From Candidatus Minusculum obligatum (GTDB lineage: Bacteria; Patescibacteriota; Minisyncoccia; Phycocordibacterales; Phycocordibacteraceae), in the NCBI GenBank assembly GCA_045401155.1, contig CP174360.1, forward strand, positions 376,769-417,078: a stretch of 40,310 bases of DNA. The letters run 5' to 3'. The notes under the pieces were generated by a model, which had not been told where the DNA came from, searched no databases, and worked only from the letters and a program-made list of their open reading frames with translations. Below are positions 34,260-40,310 of this stretch, in pieces. A program made the translations under genes and the position numbers. How positions within the stretch are numbered: the stretch's first letter is position 1; the number at the start of each line of letters is the position of its first letter.

Positions 34260-35589
34260 CTTGAGAAAGAAGAGTGTCGATGCGGTTCATATCTCGAGGG
34301 AATAGTGTCGCCTCTTTAATATTTGTTACGTTCAGGAATTTGGCGGTAAGTCGCTCAAGTCCCATTCCAATTCCCCCGTGCGGCGGCATTCCGTACTTGA
34401 ATGCTTGTAGGTAGAAGTGGAATTTATCTGGATCAAGCCCTTTATCTTTAATACGCTCGATAAGCTCATCATAATCATGCACACGCTGCCCTCCAGAACA
34501 CATCTCAAGACCTCTAAAGAGAAGGTCGAAGCTTCGTGTAAACTCAGGATTCCCCGGATCTTTTGCGGTATAAAATGGCCGCTTACTTGTTGGGAAATGT
34601 GTCACAAACACAAAGTCAGAATTTAGATTCTTGTGTGCGTACTCGCAAAGGAATCGCTCATCCTCTGGCTCAAGATCTGGCTCATCTGTCTTATCTTCTC
34701 CTGTTTCTTTCTTGATAAGCTCTTGCGCTTCTCGAAGTGTAAATACAGGGAATGTCTCTGGTGCCTTAGGGGCCTCAACCCCCATAAATTTTAGATCTTC
34801 CATTCGCTCTTCCTCTACTTTCTTTGTGATGTACCTAAGAAGCTCTTGGGTCATATGCATCACATCTGTGTGATCTTTCACAAATCCCATCTCAAAATCG
34901 AGCATTGAGATCTCACTTAGGTGCCGTGTTGTAGCGCTCTTCTCTGCACGGAACATCTGTCCAGTAGTAAATGCTCGCTCAAATCCCCCAACCATAATTT
35001 GCTTATACAGCTGTGGGCTGGTCGCAAGATATGCAGTCTTTTCATTAAAGTACTCAACTGGAAATACTTCTGCTCCACCTTCTGCATCTCCTCCCACAAG
35101 CTTTGGAGCTTGGAATTCTGTAAATCCTTCTTGATTGAGAAACTCTCGGTATGCGGTGATAATAGTCGCCTGCGTCTTAAAGATTGCCTGTGCTTTCTTT
35201 GTGCGGATTGTAAGCGGACGATAATCAAGGAGCGTATCTAGATTTAGATCTGCATCCATATCAAATGGAAGCTCATGTGCCTTACTTAGCACTCTCACTT
35301 CTTTAATACCAAACTCAAGATCTCCATTGATCTCATCTCGGCGCATCTTCTCTGGTCGCTCTTTCACTTCTCCTGTTACAGCAACAGCGTATTGTTCGCG
35401 AAGCTCTTGCGTCTCAGGAAGCGCTGTTTCGTTGTAGTCATTTGAAGCAACAGCCTGTACATGTCCGCTTCTATCTTTAAGCACAAGGAACGCCACCTTT
35501 CCATGGTCTCGTGTTGTCTCTACCCATCCATTGATGGTTACGTCTTTTCCAATATGATCTTTTAGATCTCCAATTAGTACTCGTTCCAT
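34243..35589 (-). CDS. aspS: aspartate--tRNA ligase, archaeal/type-2 (possibly non-discriminating)
   Basis: Class IIb layout of 448 aa. SPQLYKQ and FRAEKSATTRHLSE (motif 2 region) point to AspRS rather than AsnRS. Motif 3 is GIGMGLERL. Confidence 0.75.
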   Translation of the reverse strand: MERVLIGDLKDHIGKDVTINGWVETTRDHGKVAFLVLKDRSGHVQAVASNDYNETALPETQELREQYAVAVTGEVKERPEKMRRDEINGDLEFGIKEVRVLSKAHELPFDMDADLNLDTLLDYRPLTIRTKKAQAIFKTQATIITAYREFLNQEGFTEFQAPKLVGGDAEGGAEVFPVEYFNEKTAYLATSPQLYKQIMVGGFERAFTTGQMFRAEKSATTRHLSEISMLDFEMGFVKDHTDVMHMTQELLRYITKKVEEERMEDLKFMGVEAPKAPETFPVFTLREAQELIKKETGEDKTDEPDLEPEDERFLCEYAHKNLNSDFVFVTHFPTSKRPFYTAKDPGNPEFTRSFDLLFRGLEMCSGGQRVHDYDELIERIKDKGLDPDKFHFYLQAFKYGMPPHGGIGMGLERLTAKFLNVTNIKEATLFPRDMNRIDTLLSQDESND

Positions 35590-35590
35590 A

Positions 35591-36559
35591 TTATTTTACG
35601 CCTATTGCTTTCTTTGCTTCTTCTAACTTCTTATCTGCCACCTTCTGTGCCTTCTTCGCCCCCCTTTCTAGTATCTTATCTATCTTCTTTGGATTGTTGA
35701 GCAGGTTTAGATACGTTTCTCGCATTGGGCGAACAAGACTCTTAATATTTTCCGCAAGAATCTCTTTTGATTCCTTGTATCCAATATCTCCAGATTCATA
35801 TCGCTTCTTTAGATCCTCTAGCTGATCCTTACTAGAGTGTCTATGCAGCTTAAAGGTGATATCTGTCTCTGGGTTAAGCGGCTCCCCTTTTGGTGTTGAG
35901 TCAGACGTAATGCTCATCACTGCTTTATCTATTTCCTCATCTGTGCCAAACAATGGAATTACATTTCCATAGCTCTTACTCATCTTCTCTCCATCTATTC
36001 CGGGAATTACGCCAACTTCTTCTGGAATCATTTCCTTTGGAAGCTTAAACGTCTCTCCAAAAATGTTGTTGAATTTCTGTGCGGTATCTCGAGCAAATTC
36101 AATATGCTGCTTTTGGTCTTTCCCTACTGGCACTACATCTGGAGAATACAGAAGAATATCTGCTGCCATAAGCATTGGGTAATCAAAAGTTCCTACAGAA
36201 ATTTCTTTATTCTTTGCTTCTGCATCCTTAAAGGCATGCGCACGCATGAGGTACGGCATGGTGGTGATGGTATTAAAAATCCATGCAAGCTCAGTGTGCG
36301 CTGACACATCAGATTGTTTAAAGATAGTTACGTTATTTGGATCAAGCCCAATAGCAACATAGGCAGCCACTAACTCTCGTGTGCGAGAGTGCATTTCTTC
36401 TTTGTTCTGCACAAAGTTTAGAGCATGGTATGTAGCAAGCATTACATACATCTCATGCTCTTTTTGAAGATCTACAAATTGCTTCATAGCTCCAAGGTAA
36501 TTACCCATATGAAGATCTCCTGTTGGTTTTACACCTGAAAGTAGTACTGGCTTTGCCAT
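35591..36559 (-). CDS. trpS: tryptophan--tRNA ligase
   Basis: GVKPTGDLHMGNYLG (HIGH-type motif) and KMSKS; 322 aa. Confidence 0.9.
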   Translation of the reverse strand: MAKPVLLSGVKPTGDLHMGNYLGAMKQFVDLQKEHEMYVMLATYHALNFVQNKEEMHSRTRELVAAYVAIGLDPNNVTIFKQSDVSAHTELAWIFNTITTMPYLMRAHAFKDAEAKNKEISVGTFDYPMLMAADILLYSPDVVPVGKDQKQHIEFARDTAQKFNNIFGETFKLPKEMIPEEVGVIPGIDGEKMSKSYGNVIPLFGTDEEIDKAVMSITSDSTPKGEPLNPETDITFKLHRHSSKDQLEDLKKRYESGDIGYKESKEILAENIKSLVRPMRETYLNLLNNPKKIDKILERGAKKAQKVADKKLEEAKKAIGVK

Positions 36560-36581
36560 ATATAGAAACTATAGCAGAAAA

Positions 36582-36605
36582 CAAAAAAGCCGCGAGGGCT
36601 TTTTC
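36582..36605 (-). terminator. weak A/T-flanked terminator after tRNA-Tyr
   Basis: On the minus strand: aaaaAGCC-ctcgc-GGCTtttttgtttt. The stem is short. Confidence 0.45.
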
Positions 36606-36609
36606 TTTG

Positions 36610-36692
36610 TGCGCCGGGAGGGATTCGAACCCCCGTAGGCCTAAGCCGGGAGATTTACAGTCTCCTGCGATTGACCACTCCGCCACCGACGC
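36610..36692 (-). tRNA. tRNA-Tyr (anticodon GUA), class II long variable arm, no encoded CCA
   Basis: Hand fold: acceptor GCGTCGG/CCGGCGC; D arm GCGG-AGTGGTCAA-TCGC; anticodon arm GGAGA-CTGTAAA-TCTCC; 14-nt variable arm; T arm GGGGG-TTCGAAT-CCCTC; discriminator A. Total 83 nt. Confidence 0.9.
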
Positions 36693-36721
36693 AAGTTAGA
36701 GCACTATACCGTAAAACGCTC

Positions 36722-37957
36722 CTATTTCAATGCCAAAACCACAATATCTTTTTTACCTTTCTTTAGGAGTGCAATTCCGTTTTTAAACGCCAACGGATTA
36801 ACAAGCGCGCCGATATTTGTGATTTTTTCATCATTAATAGCAATACCATTTCCTTCGATAAGACGCTTCGCTTCCCCTTTAGATTGTGCTAGTTGAGACT
36901 TAATAAGCACATCAATAATTGCGTCCTTTGATGTCACAAGAAGACTTGGTGCGTCTGCTATAAGCATTTTCTTAGTAACAGAATCTATATCTTCTAGATT
37001 TCCTGAGAAAAGCACCTCAGATGCTTTCTTTGCAGCGTACGCATCCTTTTCTCCATGTACGCGCTTTGTTACTTCAAATGCCAGCGTCTTTTGCGCATGT
37101 CGGTGCTGTGGCGCGTACTTGTCTATCGCATCTCGAATTTCTTCATGAGTTAACTCCGTGTAGATATTCAGAAGATGCTCTACCTCTTGGTCATGTGCGT
37201 TCATCCAGAATTGATAAAACGTAAATGGAGATGTCTTCTCTTTATCAAGCCATACGGCATTTCCCTCACTCTTTCCAAACTTCTTTCCAGTTGAATCTGT
37301 AACAAGTGGCATAGTGAGCCCAAAGGCGCTATCACCATCTTTCTTTCGAATAAGTTCGATACCTGAGACAATATTTCCCCACTGGTCTGAAGCACCAATC
37401 TGCATATCGCATTCGTACTTTTGATGTAAATGATAGAAATCATATGCTTGAAGCAATGCGTATGAGAACTCTGTATATGAAATACTGTTTTCTTCTGTTT
37501 CAAGACGATCTTTAATCAAGTCCCGTTTAATAAGAGAGTTCACTGTAAAGTGCTTTCCAATATCTCGAAGGAAATCAAGAAGATGTAATCCCTCAAGCCA
37601 GTTTGCATTGTTTACTACCGCAAAATCTTTTGTTCCAAAAATTTTTTGAATTTGTTTAATCTGCGCTTTTGCATTGCCCTCAATAGTCTTCTTGTCTTGA
37701 AGCACACGCTCACTCTTCTTTCCAGAAGGATCTCCTACCTGTCCTGTAGCACCTCCAATAAGAATAATTGCCCGGTGCCCATGATCTGAGAGCCGCTTAG
37801 CAAGCATAAGCGGAGCCAAGTTTCCAATCTGTAGAGAATCAGCACTTGGATCTATTCCAAGATAAAACGTTCGTTTTTCTTTCAAAACGTCATCTATTTC
37901 ACCACCAGCAACCTGATGTATGAATCCTCGATTCTTTAGCTCCTGCTTTAAGCTCAT
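36722..37957 (-). CDS. tyrS: tyrosine--tRNA ligase
   Basis: GIDPSADSLQIGNL (HIGH-type motif), KFGKS and a C-terminal S4-like domain. Confidence 0.9.
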   Translation of the reverse strand: MSLKQELKNRGFIHQVAGGEIDDVLKEKRTFYLGIDPSADSLQIGNLAPLMLAKRLSDHGHRAIILIGGATGQVGDPSGKKSERVLQDKKTIEGNAKAQIKQIQKIFGTKDFAVVNNANWLEGLHLLDFLRDIGKHFTVNSLIKRDLIKDRLETEENSISYTEFSYALLQAYDFYHLHQKYECDMQIGASDQWGNIVSGIELIRKKDGDSAFGLTMPLVTDSTGKKFGKSEGNAVWLDKEKTSPFTFYQFWMNAHDQEVEHLLNIYTELTHEEIRDAIDKYAPQHRHAQKTLAFEVTKRVHGEKDAYAAKKASEVLFSGNLEDIDSVTKKMLIADAPSLLVTSKDAIIDVLIKSQLAQSKGEAKRLIEGNGIAINDEKITNIGALVNPLAFKNGIALLKKGKKDIVVLALK

Positions 37958-37979
37958 AGTGCTGTTATTTTAGCAGAAC

Positions 37980-38008
37980 TTGACAGAATCAAACAACATC
38001 ACTATTGT
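37980..38008 (+). promoter_or_regulatory. promoter TTGACA - 17 nt - TATTGT upstream of the GNAT leader
   Basis: -35 at 37980-37985 and -10 at 38003-38008, with ATG at 38015 6 nt after the -10. Confidence 0.5.
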
Positions 38009-38014
38009 GAATGT

Positions 38015-38092
38015 ATGACTAATTTTAGTTACATTTCAAACAACATGTTCAAAACCCTTGTGGAGGGCGGACTTTATGTTGTTTGTGTGTAG
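38015..38092 (+). CDS. candidate leaderless 25-codon leader ORF (MTNFSYISNNMFKTLVEGGLYVVCV)
   Basis: ATG lies 6 nt after the -10. The ORF overlaps a 10-bp hairpin (38037-38046 / 38076-38085) and ends at TAG 38090-38092, 25 nt before a terminator. Coding status unproven. Confidence 0.25.
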   Translation: MTNFSYISNNMFKTLVEGGLYVVCV

Positions 38093-38116
38093 CTGAATCT
38101 ATCTAAATCTCTCGGG

Positions 38117-38147
38117 AAGCCTCAGCTGCACAGAAGCTGAGGCTTTT
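38117..38147 (+). terminator. intrinsic terminator about 40 nt upstream of the GNAT start (attenuator candidate)
   Basis: 11-bp stem aagcctcagct (38117-38127) / agctgaggctt (38135-38145) with a 7-nt loop and a T-run through 38147. Confidence 0.7.
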
Positions 38148-38185
38148 GTACAGCAATTGAACCTTACAAAGCATGGAGAATACAC

Positions 38186-38779
38186 ATGGAAGACCACATC
38201 ATTGTCGTTCGGGGCAAAACCGTTGATCTTGCGGTAGTTCAAGAGATGTACATCCCTGAAATTATGCACATGATCAACGATCCTCGCGTAGCGAAGTTTA
38301 TTACCGCACGCCCGCCCATCTACCCCGCTGAGGAAACAGAGTGGCTAAAGAATCTTGAGAAAAATAAAAACGATGTCGTTTTCGCGGTTCTCTTGAAGAA
38401 GCCTGAGGGTGGTCATGAGTTTTTGGGAATCATGGGAACACACATCCGACCAAAGACAAACGGAGTTGCCGTAACGGGCGCCATACTCAAGTACGACTGC
38501 CTTGGCAAAGGATATGGGTCTGAAGCAAAGATGCTCCAGCTCTTCTATGCCTTTCGCTTCCTTGGATTAAATAAGATTCGGAGCACTGTCCTCTCAATCA
38601 ATCCTAGGAGCAAGCGCTACCTTGAAAAGGCAGGGTATAAAGTCACCGGCGCATTCAAAGATGAAGATGTCCGAGACGGCGTACCGTGTGATGAAATCCA
38701 ACTTGAACTTTTCCCGAAAGAATGGGAGGAGATTTGGAAAAACTATAAGAAAAAACACAACATGAAAGATCCTTTCTAA
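38186..38779 (+). CDS. GNAT family N-acetyltransferase (RimJ/RimL-like)
   Basis: Acetyltransf_3-like layout with LGKGYGSEA (acetyl-CoA loop) and NPRSKRYLEKAGYK. SD GGAG (38175-38178). G+C is higher than the neighbours. Confidence 0.75.
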   Translation: MEDHIIVVRGKTVDLAVVQEMYIPEIMHMINDPRVAKFITARPPIYPAEETEWLKNLEKNKNDVVFAVLLKKPEGGHEFLGIMGTHIRPKTNGVAVTGAILKYDCLGKGYGSEAKMLQLFYAFRFLGLNKIRSTVLSINPRSKRYLEKAGYKVTGAFKDEDVRDGVPCDEIQLELFPKEWEEIWKNYKKKHNMKDPF

Positions 38780-38786
38780 CCTAGAA

Positions 38787-38812
38787 CTAGCCGCAGCAAT
38801 GCGGCTAGTTTT
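38787..38812 (+). terminator. intrinsic terminator after the GNAT gene
   Basis: Stem ctagccgc (38787-38794) / gcggctag (38801-38808), then ttttat. Confidence 0.7.
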
Positions 38813-39743
38813 ATATGCTAGTTATCGGTCGAGATTGAAGTAAATAAAACTGCTTTTCTGAGAAGGCCCATTCGAAATCTTGAAATGTTCCAAAAAGCTC
38901 TTCAAGATCATGCGCTACTCTCAAAAGTACTTCTATTTTCTGTTTATCAAGTAAATTTGAATTAGGATTTTGCATTGTGTGCGACTCAACAGAGTGGCCT
39001 CTGCCATGATGCAAAATTTTATTTTGACGTCTTTTTGATACAGAAAACACCTCCCCTGTCTTCTTTGAAACAAAGTAGCTCTCCGGAACAATTAGTCCTG
39101 AAACCAAAGTTTCTCCAAGGCCTCGACAAGCTTCAATAACCAGCTCCTGATCATTCCCAGTAATTGGATTTTTAGTAAAGCAGACCCCAGCAATATCGGC
39201 AGGAACCATCTCCTGTATTACCACAGCCATTTTTATATCAGAAATTGAATTTTCAGACTTCTTTGCATAATAATATACTCCTGGCGAGAAAATAGATGCC
39301 CAGCATTTTTTCACATAATTCTTTAGCTCGCTTCGAGGCACGTTTAAAAAAGTGTTAAATTGTCCAGCCCATGCCTTTTCTACCCCATCTTCACAACTTG
39401 CACTTGACCTAACAGCGTACAGACTTCCGCTTTCTTGTTTTGTAATAAAGTCGGTTAATTCTATGTTTACATCTTCAGGAAGGTTTCCAGATTCATAAAG
39501 TTGCCGCAGCTCATCAAATTGCTTTTTCTTTATAAGACCGCCTTTTGCGAGGCTTTCATTTAAAAATTCTTGAAACGTTTTCAAGCAATTTGTTTCTTGG
39601 AATAAAGAAAAAGCAGAATCAGCAAGTACAAATGTTTTGGGAATACTATATAGAAGGCTGCTAAATGAAATTATTGAGTTCGCCTTTCCTCCGAAACTTG
39701 GAGAATTTTTTACATCCTTGCTGTTAAATAAAAATTTATTCAT
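38811..39743 (-). CDS. PEP/pyruvate-binding (PPDK_N, ATP-grasp) domain protein
   Basis: GGKANS..., YAVRSSASCEDG...AWAGQF, VVIQEMV, CFTKNPITG and LLQSRPIT are hallmarks of the nucleotide-binding domain of PEP synthase/PPDK/rifampicin-phosphotransferase-type enzymes. Confidence 0.8.
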   Translation of the reverse strand: MNKFLFNSKDVKNSPSFGGKANSIISFSSLLYSIPKTFVLADSAFSLFQETNCLKTFQEFLNESLAKGGLIKKKQFDELRQLYESGNLPEDVNIELTDFITKQESGSLYAVRSSASCEDGVEKAWAGQFNTFLNVPRSELKNYVKKCWASIFSPGVYYYAKKSENSISDIKMAVVIQEMVPADIAGVCFTKNPITGNDQELVIEACRGLGETLVSGLIVPESYFVSKKTGEVFSVSKRRQNKILHHGRGHSVESHTMQNPNSNLLDKQKIEVLLRVAHDLEELFGTFQDFEWAFSEKQFYLLQSRPITSI

Positions 39744-40310
39744 CTTTTAAGAGGATTTCACCTTTTTCTGCATCAAGGCAAATCTTTTGACCGTCTTTTA
39801 TTATAGATGTTGCGTGTTCAACACCAATGCAGCAAGGTTTTTTTAATTCTCGACAAACAACAGAAGCGTGGCTTAACAAGCCCCCCTCTTCAGTAATAAC
39901 CGCTGCTGATTTTTGAATTGCATCCATGAGATCAAAATCTGTCCCTATTGCCACCATAATATCTCCCGGTTCTACCTTTTCGCCATCTTCATAAGAAAAA
40001 ACTATACGTGCAGTTCCTTCCACACTGCCAGGAGAGGCACACATGCCACGCAATGCCTCACACCTTTCTTCAGAAAATGAATCTTCTTGAATTTCAAAAA
40101 ATCTTTCACTCAACCCTTCTTTACTTAACACATCTATATCTTCCACTCTTGCTAAGACTACGCCCTCTTCTTTTCTTTTTGAAAGAAGAGATTTTGAGAC
40201 TGATAACCCATCTCTTAACAGTCTCCCAAGATCATTTAATGAATAGAAGTTTAAGTCATCTCGCTCCACGCCAGTTCTCTTGGCAATTTCTTCTAAAAAT
40301 TTAAACCGTA
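39736..40310 (-). CDS. PEP-utilising enzyme mobile (swivel phosphohistidine) domain protein, N-terminus outside window
   Basis: GxASPG...G.ARIV followed by ITEEGGLLSHASVVCRELKKPC (phospho-His motif). The frame stays open upstream of the listed GTG 40269 to the window edge. The stop overlaps the next ATG (GATGAATAA). Confidence 0.75.
   Translation of the reverse strand, partial: RFKFLEEIAKRTGVERDDLNFYSLNDLGRLLRDGLSVSKSLLSKRKEEGVVLARVEDIDVLSKEGLSERFFEIQEDSFSEERCEALRGMCASPGSVEGTARIVFSYEDGEKVEPGDIMVAIGTDFDLMDAIQKSAAVITEEGGLLSHASVVCRELKKPCCIGVEHATSIIKDGQKICLDAEKGEILLKDE

Noticed and set aside
37958-38185. Possible T-box riboswitch leader for tyrS (minus strand), as in Firmicutes
   Set aside because: Read on the minus strand, the spacer has no T-box consensus (no GGTGGTACCGCG-like sequence) and no specifier-loop architecture. 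The only strong hairpin plus T-run is oriented for the plus strand. tyrS has a -10 (TAAAAT) just 9 nt from its ATG, which leaves no room for a leader.
1-40310. CRISPR arrays, IS elements, integrases, prophage blocks, rRNA genes, and alternative genetic code (UGA recoding as in some CPR lineages)
   Set aside because: I noticed no regularly spaced direct repeats and recognised no transposase, integrase or phage structural motifs in any listed ORF. All conserved genes are full-length under the standard code without in-frame TGA, and some end in TGA at the natural C-terminus (for example the P-type ATPase at 6617-6619).

Overview
This 40.3-kb window comes from a compact, AT-rich bacterial genome. 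Gene content (sunset-domain, DM13 and GerMN proteins, archaeal-type AspRS) and tiny or overlapping gene junctions suggest a Patescibacteria/CPR-like organism; that placement is inference only. I support about 55 protein genes, nearly all housekeeping. They include truB, rplU, rplI, rpmA, recR, dnaB, rmuC and five aaRS genes (cysS, gltX, aspS, trpS, tyrS). There is also a murG-ftsW-mraY-PBP cell-wall block, murI, scpAB, corA, a CaCA antiporter, a P-type ATPase, msrA and a NUDIX gene, plus one tRNA-Tyr(GUA). I saw no rRNA, CRISPR array, transposase or integrase. Five things stand out. (1) At the window centre (19073-20690, minus strand) a bona fide lexA is tightly coupled, by 3-nt and 4-nt spacers, to two AT-rich genes. 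One is a 240-aa ORF with a C-terminal R-x4-H (HEPN-like RNase) signature and the other is a 59-aa basic protein. I read this as a candidate SOS-controlled toxin/abortive-infection module and consider it the most interesting item. (2) First genes of transcription units almost always have a -10 hexamer 6-9 nt upstream of ATG and no Shine-Dalgarno, implying widespread leaderless mRNAs. (3) Short GC-rich islets interrupt the AT-rich backbone; their ORFs are SD-led and have private terminators. One islet (15684-15830) looks like a stand-alone small RNA with a consensus promoter and terminator. (4) A leaderless 25-codon ORF, a hairpin and an intrinsic terminator sit directly upstream of a GNAT gene, an attenuator-like layout. 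(5) A split, permuted PEP-utilising phosphotransferase pair runs off the right edge. All functional calls rest on motif recognition by eye; no searches were run.
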